Virus record (IMG/VR): IMGVR_UViG_3300012983_000048
Origin: a virus
Direction: 5' to 3' (one strand)
DNA length: 64,000 nt
A program made the translations under genes and the position numbers. This document shows, in pieces, positions 48,561 through 57,933 of this stretch (within the stretch, counting starts at the first letter, position 1; the number at the start of each line of letters is the position of its first letter). The notes beneath the pieces are model-generated. The model searched no databases. It was not told the DNA's origin and saw nothing but the letters and a program-made list of their open reading frames with translations.

Positions 48561-49448
48561 ATGCAATATAATATTAAAAAAATGGAAGAAACATTATTAG
48601 ATGTTTCAAAATTGTGGCAATATGAAACATGGATTGAAAGAAAATATTCTAATTCAAATGTAAGATTAATGTTTGATGGTATTGGAAAGCACACAGAATT
48701 ACTATCTTGCCAATTAACTGGATTTGTTGGTAGTGGTTCAGGTGGTATGGGATTTGATTTAATTGATTATGAAACAAAAAAAGTATTAGAAATCAAATCA
48801 TGTTGTACAATTCAAAATGCTACATGTAATATATGTGGAAAAAAGTTTAACCATATTTTTTATAATAAATGTCCTCATTGCCAATCTGATGATTTCAAAA
48901 TACCATTTGATAGCAGGTTTTCAATTAATTCAACAGAAACATTAAATCAACTTGAGGAAGGTGTTTTTAATGGTTTGTTGATGCACTGCATAACATTGAT
49001 TAAATATACAAATACTTCTGTTTCTGTTAATATCAAAACTTATTTAATTGATTTTAATGATGATGAATTGAAAACGATTAAAAAAGACTATTTTATTAAA
49101 CAATCAGAAAACGGAAAACAAGCAACTTGTAATTTGTTACCAAATAAGTATGATTTTTATAAACTATGTCCAACTATGATTTGTTCATATGATGTTGAAT
49201 TTGATTTTATGGATTTGACTAAAGAACCCATAATTATAAAAAATAATGTTGAAAATGAATTAAGAGTTCCAATAGATGTTATTGATAATAGGGATATTGA
49301 AAAATTCAAGAGTCTTGAAACATATGATGAAACAACCAACACTGTTTTGTGTAAAGATTTTACATTACATTTTGGTTATAAGAAAAAGACACATGGAAAA
49401 GTTAGAGGAAATACTAGAAAAAAACTATATGAAACTCTAAATCAGTAA
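48561..49448 (+). CDS. putative PD-(D/E)xK nuclease with zinc ribbon, candidate restriction endonuclease partner of the downstream MTase
   Basis: GMGFDLIDYETKKVLEIKSCC has the D-x10-E-x-K arrangement. CNICGKKFNHIFYNKCPHCQ zinc ribbon. Lies 73 nt upstream of the MTase on the same strand. Confidence 0.4.
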   Translation: MQYNIKKMEETLLDVSKLWQYETWIERKYSNSNVRLMFDGIGKHTELLSCQLTGFVGSGSGGMGFDLIDYETKKVLEIKSCCTIQNATCNICGKKFNHIFYNKCPHCQSDDFKIPFDSRFSINSTETLNQLEEGVFNGLLMHCITLIKYTNTSVSVNIKTYLIDFNDDELKTIKKDYFIKQSENGKQATCNLLPNKYDFYKLCPTMICSYDVEFDFMDLTKEPIIIKNNVENELRVPIDVIDNRDIEKFKSLETYDETTNTVLCKDFTLHFGYKKKTHGKVRGNTRKKLYETLNQ

Positions 49449-49521
49449 GTGATTTAATATTGAAATTATTTATGTAATGATATATTATTAAACAAATTGG
49501 ATTTTTTGTAAGGATATTTTT

Positions 49522-50571
49522 ATGGCAAACTTGGGAAATAAAACAGATTTTAACAAAACATATGTTAATTTATCAAAAGAAATTCTTGATGAAATGAAAA
49601 AATCAAATGCATGTTTTGATTATTATATGGATAATGACTATGTAATGATTAATGGAGAATGTATTACTGTCATGAAATTTCTTATTAACAAAGGTGTCCA
49701 AGTTAATCATATCCTTACAGATATTCCATATGGAACAGTTCAAGGATTATCATTAGAGGGATGGAAGAAAAAGGGATATGTTCCAAATTGGGATGTAAGA
49801 ATAAATCCATATGAAATGCTTGAATGTTGTTTCTATATATCAAAATCAAATAGCAATTTAATGTTATTCTCACAAGAACCAAATACATATGATATATTCA
49901 AGGCAAATGAAGAATTTCAAAAATATGTATTATCAAATAAAATGATATGGGAAAAAAATAATCATGCAAATAGTTTTGCAGCAAAGACAACACCTGTTAA
50001 TATGTATGAAGAAATACTTTTGTTTAGAAAATCTTTAGATGAAACTAATTCAGTTGAACTAAGAACTTATTTCAAAAATATGTTGGATTATATAGGTGTT
50101 TCAAAAAAAGAAGTAATGAATCAGCTTGGTCAAGGACTTGATCATTGCTTTAGATATGCTAACAGAACATTTTATATTCCAACCGAAAAAAATTATAATG
50201 CTCTAATAGAAACATATGGTATTGATAAAATGGTTGGGTTTATACCATATTCAGACCTTAAAAATATGTGGAAACAAGAAAATGACATCATATTTAATAT
50301 TCCAAGTGGGCAAAATTTGGTTAGAAATGTATTTCAATTTAAAAAGGATTTAAATAATATACATCCTACACAGAAACCAGTGGCATTATTAGAAGAATTA
50401 TTGTCAATCTTTACAAGAGAACATGATATTGTGTTAGATTTTACATCAGGAAGTGGTTCAACAGGAATTGCCTGCTTAAATAAAAATAGAAAATTTATAG
50501 GAATTGAATTGGATGAAACTTTTTACAAAGAATCAATTAAGTGGTATAATGAAGTAAGTAATAATAGATAA
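49522..50571 (+). CDS. DNA methyltransferase, beta-class N6-adenine/N4-cytosine (N6_N4_Mtase family)
   Basis: Motif IV variant ILTDIPYG comes first, motif I HPTQKPVALLEELLSIFT..VLDFTSGSGSTGIAC last, which is the beta-class order. Confidence 0.7.
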   Translation: MANLGNKTDFNKTYVNLSKEILDEMKKSNACFDYYMDNDYVMINGECITVMKFLINKGVQVNHILTDIPYGTVQGLSLEGWKKKGYVPNWDVRINPYEMLECCFYISKSNSNLMLFSQEPNTYDIFKANEEFQKYVLSNKMIWEKNNHANSFAAKTTPVNMYEEILLFRKSLDETNSVELRTYFKNMLDYIGVSKKEVMNQLGQGLDHCFRYANRTFYIPTEKNYNALIETYGIDKMVGFIPYSDLKNMWKQENDIIFNIPSGQNLVRNVFQFKKDLNNIHPTQKPVALLEELLSIFTREHDIVLDFTSGSGSTGIACLNKNRKFIGIELDETFYKESIKWYNEVSNNR

Positions 50572-50601
50572 TGCTTGAAGTGAATAAATTTAGATAATTA
50601 A

Positions 50602-51156
50602 TTGGTAAATATTTTTAAAAAAGAATTACAATATGGAGATATTATGGAAGAAACACAAGTTAAAAGAGGTCGTGGAAGACCAAAAAAGGTAAAAGAACAA
50701 ACTTATGAAACAAAGGTTGTTAAAGCAACAGAAGAAATTACAATGGATGACATTTCAAATGCAATGAAAGAAATTGTAAATGAAAAAATGCACGAGGCTG
50801 GTATTATTCAAAAAGATGAACAAAAACCAATTAAAGAACCATCATATAATATTGATGAACAATACTATAAATCATTTATTATGAATGATGATTCTAATAA
50901 TATTGATGAAGTTACATATGAGTGGCAACCAATATATAATGTTTTGACTAGAATGTATGAGTGTAGTGAAGAAAATTATTTAAATGTCAAATATGATGGT
51001 AAAACTGATTCAATTTATGTTAATTTAGATAAAAAAATTTATAAATCAGAAGAAACAGAACTTTCAAAAATTAAAATGTCATTATGTAGTGATGCAATAA
51101 AATATAATATGAAAGTTTCTGATGATAGAATTATTATTCATATTGAAAAGAAATAA
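50602..51156 (+). CDS. AT-hook-containing acidic protein, putative DNA-binding
   Basis: N-terminus EETQVKRGRGRPKKVKEQ contains the GRP AT-hook core. The remainder is acidic. Confidence 0.4.
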   Translation: MVNIFKKELQYGDIMEETQVKRGRGRPKKVKEQTYETKVVKATEEITMDDISNAMKEIVNEKMHEAGIIQKDEQKPIKEPSYNIDEQYYKSFIMNDDSNNIDEVTYEWQPIYNVLTRMYECSEENYLNVKYDGKTDSIYVNLDKKIYKSEETELSKIKMSLCSDAIKYNMKVSDDRIIIHIEKK

Positions 51157-51174
51157 TTTAATTGACTATATATT

Positions 51175-51211
51175 AAACCTGATGTATGATTATATCAGGT
51201 TTAATTTTTTA
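51175..51211 (+). terminator. rho-independent terminator-like hairpin AAACCTGAT-N10-ATCAGGTTT then AATTTTTT
   Basis: 9-bp perfect stem and a T-run. Follows the stop of ORF 50602..51156. Confidence 0.4.
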
Positions 51212-51225
51212 TAGGGACAAATTTA

Positions 51226-53337
51226 ATGAAACTTGAATTTATAGAATTGAAATTAAAAAACTTTTTATCATTTGGTAATGTTGAGCAAGTAATTAAGTTA
51301 AATACTAATCCATATACTATTATCACAGGATTTAACAAAGATATTTCTAATGATGATAGTGGTAATAAAAATGGGGTAGGTAAATCCACAATATTCAATG
51401 CTTTGCACTATGCATTGTTTGGGAGAGCAATTGGTAATAAAGTTACATTACCAAATTTAGTTAATAACATTAATAAAAAACATATGGAAGTTTCATTAAC
51501 TTTCAAAAAGAATGATGTATTGTATACAATTGAAAGAGGTAGAAGCCCAAACTATTTAAGATTCTATAAGGATGAAGAAGAAATCACTGATGAATCATTG
51601 GGTGATTCAAGAGATACACAGTCTGTTATTGAAGAAATAATTGGAATGAATGAAGAATTGTTTAACCAAACAGTTATGTTATCTTGTGGTGTTCCAATTT
51701 TTATGAATCAATCAACATCAAATCAAAAACTTATCATTGAAAAAGTTTTGGGGGTTGATGTTATTACAGATAAAATTAATAAATTGAAAGAAGTTATTAA
51801 AGAAACAAAGAATAACATTAATAATGAAGAATTTAAAATAACTACATTAAAAAATCAACAAGAAACTCTTAAAAATGATTATGAAAATCAAATTACAAAA
51901 TATAAACAACAAAAGAAATTGTGGTATGATATACAAGAAACTGAAATTAAATCCATTAAAGAACAAATAGATAAATTGAAATCTATTGATTATGATAAAG
52001 AATTAAGATTGATTAATGAAACAAAAGATTATTTGGACAATCTTTCTAAATGGCAAAATAATGAAAAAACTAAACAGGGTTTGATTTCATCTATCAACAG
52101 AGAACAACAAATGTTGGAAAATATTAATAAGCAAATTAATGCCATTGATTCTATTGATTTTGATAAAGAATTGGAAATTATTAATTATAATGAAGATTTG
52201 AAGAAGAAAGAAGAAGAATATAAAAATCAACTTTTAGTTAAACAGCAATTAAAGAATAGATACAATGAATTGTCTAATGGTTATATTACATTGGGTAATG
52301 AGAAGAAAAAGGTTCAAGAAAAGATTGAAAAATATCAAAGTAATTTATGTCCTACATGTGGTCAGGTATTAGATAAAGAAAAAGCAGAACAAGAAGTTAA
52401 TAAATTGACAATTGAAATGCAACATTATGATTCTGCTATGCACCAAGTAGATATTGAAATATTGGAAACAAATGCTAAATTATCTGATTGTGTTGAAGAT
52501 GGAAAGATGTTTGATTATCAACAAGGAAGATATAGTAATATTGAATTATTGAACATTGATAAAAATAAATCATCAGAATTAAATGCATCTAAATTGGAAA
52601 TTGTTGGTAGAATCAATGAATTAAATACTGAATTGCGTGCATATGATATGGAAAAACCAACTGAACCATCTGAATATTCACAATTTATGACTATTAATGA
52701 ATATTATGAATCAAAGTCATCAATGGATGGGTTGAATAATGAGTTGAACACTGTTAAAACACAAATAGAACCATATAGTAAGTTAATTAGTGAATTGGAA
52801 TCAAAGTTGAAATCTATTGAACCAATTGATGAGTCATTATTGAAGGATATGTTAAATGAACAAGAGCATAATAATGTATTATTAAAGTTATTAAATGCAC
52901 CAAACTCTTATATCAGACAATCAATTTTGGATAAATCCTTGTCATATTTAAACACAAAGATTAAACAATATTTAGAACAACTTGGTTCAACAATTTCTGT
53001 TAAATTTAATTCAGATATGACAATTGATATGAGAAGAAGAGGGTTGGATTTAGGATATGTATCCAGTGGTGAAGAAGGAAGAATTGCAATTGCCTTGACA
53101 TTGGCATTTAGAGATACTTGGGAAAGTTTATCTGGAATTGAATGTAATTTATTAATGGTTGATGAACTATTAGATAAAATTGGATTGGATGTTAATGGTA
53201 AGCAAATGATGGTTAAATGTTTGAGGCATATACCAAATAGAAACATATTCTTGGTATCACATGATGTTGAGATAAACACACAGGGGAATAAAATATTAAC
53301 AATTGTAAAAGAAAAAAATTTTAGTAATGTAGAATAA
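51226..53337 (+). CDS. SbcC/Rad50-like recombination ATPase (T4 gp46-like)
   Basis: Walker A GNKNGVGKSTIFNAL. Long coiled coil with a central zinc-hook NLCPTCGQ. ABC signature SSGEEGRIAIALTLAF. Walker B LLMVDELLD. Confidence 0.75.
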   Translation: MKLEFIELKLKNFLSFGNVEQVIKLNTNPYTIITGFNKDISNDDSGNKNGVGKSTIFNALHYALFGRAIGNKVTLPNLVNNINKKHMEVSLTFKKNDVLYTIERGRSPNYLRFYKDEEEITDESLGDSRDTQSVIEEIIGMNEELFNQTVMLSCGVPIFMNQSTSNQKLIIEKVLGVDVITDKINKLKEVIKETKNNINNEEFKITTLKNQQETLKNDYENQITKYKQQKKLWYDIQETEIKSIKEQIDKLKSIDYDKELRLINETKDYLDNLSKWQNNEKTKQGLISSINREQQMLENINKQINAIDSIDFDKELEIINYNEDLKKKEEEYKNQLLVKQQLKNRYNELSNGYITLGNEKKKVQEKIEKYQSNLCPTCGQVLDKEKAEQEVNKLTIEMQHYDSAMHQVDIEILETNAKLSDCVEDGKMFDYQQGRYSNIELLNIDKNKSSELNASKLEIVGRINELNTELRAYDMEKPTEPSEYSQFMTINEYYESKSSMDGLNNELNTVKTQIEPYSKLISELESKLKSIEPIDESLLKDMLNEQEHNNVLLKLLNAPNSYIRQSILDKSLSYLNTKIKQYLEQLGSTISVKFNSDMTIDMRRRGLDLGYVSSGEEGRIAIALTLAFRDTWESLSGIECNLLMVDELLDKIGLDVNGKQMMVKCLRHIPNRNIFLVSHDVEINTQGNKILTIVKEKNFSNVE

Positions 53338-53391
53338 ATTTTATGGTGTTCAATCTATGAACACCATAAAATTTAAATATTGGTTTTTTTA
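53338..53391 (+). terminator. rho-independent terminator: 16-bp perfect hairpin AATTTTATGGTGTTCA/TGAACACCATAAAATT followed by a T7 run
   Basis: Begins immediately after the SbcC stop. Stem 53338..53353 / 53359..53374, T-run 53384..53390. Confidence 0.55.
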
Positions 53392-53435
53392 TAAACCCAA
53401 TATATAAATATTGTCATAAAAGATATGGAGAATAT

Positions 53436-54053
53436 ATGAAAATATCATCATTCTATTTAAGTGATATAACCAAATATGAAGATATATCTGAATATATGTA
53501 TACTGTTATAAAAGATAGATATTATGGTATTGGTGTGAATTCCATATCAATAAGTAGATTAGTATCAACAATTAAAAAAGTATTGAGAACATATATCAGA
53601 TTGAGATATGGAAAGACAATAACCATTATTGCATTATTACCACGAATTGATGAAAAAATAATTGGGAATACAAATATAAACAATAATATAGTAAAACTTA
53701 GATTAAACTATGATGTTATCACATCTATATTAAATGGTTGTTATGATGATTTAAAAAATTATATTAATGAAATATTAGAACAAATGGATATGGAATTAAC
53801 ATCAAACAATAAGTTTAGGTTTATAAATTATTTAACACTTCAAATATCTATGTTGGCATATATATGTTCTAATGAATTAAAGATGATATATACATCTAAT
53901 ATGTTGAGAGATATGATAATAAAAAAAGATTGTTGGATTAAATTATCACAACAATCTTCTGTATTCAAAGATTATTATTTAGCATATATGGAAACAAATG
54001 ATAATAAAGCACTATTTTATTCATTTTTAAAGGAATTATCTAAAGTTATTTAA
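53436..54053 (+). CDS. hypothetical protein
   Basis: 205-aa ORF with RBS GGAGAATATATG. No motif. Confidence 0.45.
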   Translation: MKISSFYLSDITKYEDISEYMYTVIKDRYYGIGVNSISISRLVSTIKKVLRTYIRLRYGKTITIIALLPRIDEKIIGNTNINNNIVKLRLNYDVITSILNGCYDDLKNYINEILEQMDMELTSNNKFRFINYLTLQISMLAYICSNELKMIYTSNMLRDMIIKKDCWIKLSQQSSVFKDYYLAYMETNDNKALFYSFLKELSKVI

Positions 54054-55762
54054 CCATATATGTGAAAACCGATACCTTTTGATCTTGTTTCTAATTTAAC
54101 ATTTCCCTCAAAATGTGCAGGATATTGAACTGACCATTCATAATTAAATGTTGAACTATTTAATTTTGGCAATGAATTTATTTGTGCAAAGTCATATTTT
54201 TGTCTATTTAAAATTCCCATTACAATATTTGTTACATTAAAGTGTGTATTAACAAAATTACAGAATTCTGTTCTTATATCATTTTTTCCAGGCAATGTTA
54301 TGTTCATGCCAAACAATTTGCCTCTTTTTAAAATTGTTTCTATTGCTTTAACATGGCGTGTTGGTGGTAAACCACCAAAAAGAAGGATTATACTTATCTC
54401 TGTTGGAGAATCATTAAACATTTCAATACCATATTGAGAGCAATTTTGTTTTATAAATGATTTGATATTTTCTTCTAAATCATTACCAACAAGTAAATCA
54501 TTAATATTTTTTGTAAAAACGTGTCCACGAGTCTTAAATTTATCTCTCTTTTGGTCATAAACTCTTGTTTCTTTATCAAACAATAATCTAAATATAGAAA
54601 TTAAAGATGCTTGTGATCCATGACCATTTAATCCACCCTTTGTTGATATACCAATTTTTTTATATTTTCCATCAGATGGAATTGCAACTTCCGAGTCAAC
54701 TAATTCACCACCAATTGAGGTATCAAATGATATTAAACCTTTTTTAAATACACTATCATCACCAAAAATGTAATTAAGTATTTCTTTAGATGTTTTAGAA
54801 CCCTCTTTACCCCATTTAATTGAATTATCCATAGATAAGAACACCAATGGAGATAATAATTCTGGTGGATATACACTTAATAATTTATCTAGTTCATGTA
54901 AATTGATTTTTGATGTATCAATATTATATTTTGAACCAAGTGAATTTTTATCTAGTTCAATTTTATCACTTGCCTTGTTTGATATTGAGTTTTCTAATGC
55001 AACGTGCAAGACATCACAAGCAACTGTAAATAGGTTTTCTTCATCATTTACATATGCAGTTTTTTGCCAATTGATTAATGATGATTCTGCTTTTTGTTTG
55101 GTTGCATTTATAGATCTAAAAATATTATCACCAATCATATCTTGAACTTTAAATTGGACACTTGATTTTTTTATAAATTTTGGGTCTTGTATTCCCTTGT
55201 TATCATCTGTTTTTTCAATATCTGTATTTTGTAATCTTGAAGATTTATTATATATATCTTTTGCTAATTGACTATCAAAGTTATCAAAAGAGTTATTATT
55301 TGTTTTTGTTGTATTTCTTTTGTTTAATCCAAGATTAGTTATTAATTTAGAACAATAATTATCTACATCTTTATAAGGTAACCATTTACCATTGATGAGA
55401 GTTATTATTTCTGAATATGTTTTTTTAAAAAAATATTCTTTGGATATATCAAATTTACATGTTGTTCGTTTTGTATCATAGGACAGAGTATAAACATTAA
55501 ATGTATAATCACATATATATTCATTGTTTCTTTTTTCATTACCATCATAATCACGGGTAAATTGACATCTTCTTTCAATATAAAAAGATGTGTGAGTGTC
55601 ATCCCCACTAACCCACATACCATTATCATCTTGTTTAACTGGTAAATTACCATATCTCATTGTTGATAAGAAATCACGAAGAATATTATTGTGTTCTTCT
55701 ATATCATTATTTTCTTTAATCAATGATTTTGTTAAATAGTTTTTATATCCAAATTTTTCCAT
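54050..55762 (-). CDS. hypothetical large protein (570 aa), minus-strand orphan
   Basis: Uninterrupted 570-aa ORF convergent with the upstream plus gene (4-nt overlap). No confident domain call. Confidence 0.5.
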   Translation of the reverse strand: MEKFGYKNYLTKSLIKENNDIEEHNNILRDFLSTMRYGNLPVKQDDNGMWVSGDDTHTSFYIERRCQFTRDYDGNEKRNNEYICDYTFNVYTLSYDTKRTTCKFDISKEYFFKKTYSEIITLINGKWLPYKDVDNYCSKLITNLGLNKRNTTKTNNNSFDNFDSQLAKDIYNKSSRLQNTDIEKTDDNKGIQDPKFIKKSSVQFKVQDMIGDNIFRSINATKQKAESSLINWQKTAYVNDEENLFTVACDVLHVALENSISNKASDKIELDKNSLGSKYNIDTSKINLHELDKLLSVYPPELLSPLVFLSMDNSIKWGKEGSKTSKEILNYIFGDDSVFKKGLISFDTSIGGELVDSEVAIPSDGKYKKIGISTKGGLNGHGSQASLISIFRLLFDKETRVYDQKRDKFKTRGHVFTKNINDLLVGNDLEENIKSFIKQNCSQYGIEMFNDSPTEISIILLFGGLPPTRHVKAIETILKRGKLFGMNITLPGKNDIRTEFCNFVNTHFNVTNIVMGILNRQKYDFAQINSLPKLNSSTFNYEWSVQYPAHFEGNVKLETRSKGIGFHIYG

Positions 55763-55796
55763 AATTTTTCCTTGAATGATATAAAATATTTATACT

Positions 55797-55830
55797 AAAA
55801 AAGGTTCAATGGTTAATTGAACCTTTTTAA
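55797..55830 (-). terminator. hairpin AAAAAGGTTCAAT-ggtt-AATTGAACCTTTTT, bidirectional terminator-like
   Basis: 13-bp stem flanked by A/T runs on both sides. Lies between the Hsp20 stop (55847) and the 570-aa gene start (55762). Confidence 0.45.
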
Positions 55831-55846
55831 AAATAAAAGATATTTC

Positions 55847-56350
55847 TTATTTAATTTCAACAAATGATGATTTAATAGTTGTTGGTTCTTTTTTTCTAAA
55901 TTCAATGATTAAACAACCATCTTCATAAGTTGCACCAACTAATTCTAAATCTTTAGAAATAGTTTTTGTAATTTTGAAGTTTCTTTCAGCAATACCTAAT
56001 CTAATATTTTTTCTAGTGCCATTGGCAACTTTTTCTTCAACGGTTTTATCTTTAACATTTGATACTGTTAAGATATTTTCATCATCAAAAGAAACTCTAA
56101 TGTTTTCTTTTTTAATACCTGCTAATGCAAATTTAATAAATGTATGTGTTTCTTTGTGTAAGTCTGCATTTTTATCTTTTTGTTTAAATACATTTACATC
56201 TTCTGTATAAATGTCATATGGTGGGAAACCCATATCCATTTTTGTATTCATTGCAGCATCCATTTCACTAAACAAATTATCAAAACCAATGAATCTATCT
56301 GTTAATTTTGTAAATTGTGGAATTTCAAATAAACTTAATGCTTTATTCAT
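55847..56350 (-). CDS. small heat-shock protein, Hsp20/alpha-crystallin family
   Basis: 167 aa. ACD-like core HTFIKFALAGIKKENIRVSFDDENILTVS.. and C-terminal VGATYEDGCLIIEFRKKEP (G-x-L-x-I). Confidence 0.55.
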   Translation of the reverse strand: MNKALSLFEIPQFTKLTDRFIGFDNLFSEMDAAMNTKMDMGFPPYDIYTEDVNVFKQKDKNADLHKETHTFIKFALAGIKKENIRVSFDDENILTVSNVKDKTVEEKVANGTRKNIRLGIAERNFKITKTISKDLELVGATYEDGCLIIEFRKKEPTTIKSSFVEIK

Positions 56351-56446
56351 CTTTTTTCTCCTTATATTTAAGCAAGTTATTGAATGAAATAACCCTTACT
56401 GGCATTATTTCAGCTTTTATTTATGTGACATAATAGTAATTTTTTA

Positions 56447-56476
56447 ACTTGACAATAGAATTTTTATGTGATATAT
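56447..56476 (+). promoter_or_regulatory. sigma70-like promoter TTGACA-N18-TGaTATATT
   Basis: Upstream of RBS AAGGAGATAAGAATG (ATG 56506). Confidence 0.4.
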
Positions 56477-56505
56477 TTCTTAATGTTAATAAAAAGGAGA
56501 TAAGA

Positions 56506-56724
56506 ATGACTTTTGGATTATTTTTCGTTTTACTAACAATTTTTATTTTAATTTTTGCATTTTTGAGGTATAAAATATTTGTTGATAATATGTTCTTCAA
56601 TAATGAATTAAGAAAAGATAAGGAATTGTTGGGAATGTATGAGGATTATTTGGAGTTCAAGACTAAATATCCTGATTTTGAGAAAAAAATTAAATTGGTT
56701 AAAAAATATATGGAGAAGAAATAA
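56506..56724 (+). CDS. small single-pass membrane protein (possible NfeD-like partner of the SPFH protein)
   Basis: Start reassigned to the ATG after AAGGAG. MTFGLFFVLLTIFILIFAFL TM helix. ATGA overlap with the SPFH gene. Confidence 0.45.
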   Translation: MTFGLFFVLLTIFILIFAFLRYKIFVDNMFFNNELRKDKELLGMYEDYLEFKTKYPDFEKKIKLVKKYMEKK

Positions 56725-57878
56725 TGTTAAAAGAAGTTATGTTAGTGTCTGGGGTTGCTGGTGCAATTATTCTTGGTATTTGTTCGGCTCAATTGTTTGA
56801 GACAAACACATTTGGAAACTATCAGGTAAAACAAGCTGCAGTTTCTGGTGAAATCACTGTAAAGAATGATGCTGGTTTATATTGGCAAGGGTTTGGTTCA
56901 ATTACCACATATCCTATTTCAGAAGATGTGGATTTTGAAACCGAGAATTTGGAAGTTAGATTCAATGATGGTTCTGTTGCAAAGGTTAAGGGAACAGTAA
57001 AATTTAGACTTCCATCTAATCCTGAAAAGCAAAAAGAACTTCACAGAGATTATGCAACATATGAAAATGTTGAAAGAGATTTGATTATTAGAAATGTTGG
57101 TGAAGCACTTTCAAATACAGCAACATTTATGGTTGCAGAAGATTCTTATGCCGCTGGTCGTGCTGTATTCTCTGATTTAGCAATGCAACAATTAAAAGAA
57201 GGTATTTTCAAAACTTCTACAAAAACAGTTGATGTAATTGATACAGATGGTACAAAGTTTAAAAAGAAAGAAATTCGCATTGTTTATGATGCAGAGGGAA
57301 AACCAGAAATTCAGAAAGAATCTACACTTAAATATTATGGTATTGAAGTTGTTCAATTTGTAGTAAATGATTTTAAGTATGATGAAAAAATTGAAGATTT
57401 GATTGCTCGTAAGAAAGATGCTGAACAAAACAAAGTTGTAGCAATGGCAAATGCTGAAAAAGCAAAGCAAGATGCAATTACTGCTGAGGAACAAGGTAAA
57501 GCAAGAGTTGCAGAAGCAAAAGCAAAAGCAGAAGTTGAAAAAATTACAGCAGTTGTAGAAGCTCAAAAGAAAGCAGAAGTTGCTAAATTAGAAGCTGAAC
57601 AAGCAAAATATGAGGCACAAAAAATTGCTGAAAAGGGTAAAGCAGAAGCAGAAGTTGCTAAACAAAAAGTTATTGCAGGTCTTACTCCCCTTGAAAAAGC
57701 AACTATTGAAAAAGAAACACAAATTGGTGTTGCTGCTGAGTTGGCCAAAGTGAAATTCCCTGAAACAATGGTAATTTCTGGTGGTAATGGAATATCAGGT
57801 GGGGCAAATCCTTTTGATGCAGTTGGATTAAAAGCACTATATGATTTGTCTAAACAAATGTCCAATGATAAAATGTAA
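56724..57878 (+). CDS. SPFH/band-7 (prohibitin/flotillin-like) domain membrane protein
   Basis: N-terminal TM LVSGVAGAIILGICSAQLF. SPFH-like core. Ala/Glu/Lys-rich coiled coil AKAKAEVEKITAVVEAQKKAEVAKLEAEQAKYEAQKIAEKGKAEAEVAKQ. Confidence 0.55.
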   Translation: MLKEVMLVSGVAGAIILGICSAQLFETNTFGNYQVKQAAVSGEITVKNDAGLYWQGFGSITTYPISEDVDFETENLEVRFNDGSVAKVKGTVKFRLPSNPEKQKELHRDYATYENVERDLIIRNVGEALSNTATFMVAEDSYAAGRAVFSDLAMQQLKEGIFKTSTKTVDVIDTDGTKFKKKEIRIVYDAEGKPEIQKESTLKYYGIEVVQFVVNDFKYDEKIEDLIARKKDAEQNKVVAMANAEKAKQDAITAEEQGKARVAEAKAKAEVEKITAVVEAQKKAEVAKLEAEQAKYEAQKIAEKGKAEAEVAKQKVIAGLTPLEKATIEKETQIGVAAELAKVKFPETMVISGGNGISGGANPFDAVGLKALYDLSKQMSNDKM

Positions 57879-57884
57879 TAAGTA

Positions 57885-57913
57885 GGGGGATTTTATATCC
57901 CCCAAAATTTTTG
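57885..57913 (+). terminator. rho-independent terminator GGGGGAT-tttat-ATCCCCC then AAAATTTTT
   Basis: GC-rich 7-bp stem in an AT-rich genome, 7 nt after the SPFH stop. Confidence 0.5.
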
Positions 57914-57933
57914 AAATAAATATTAATATTATT

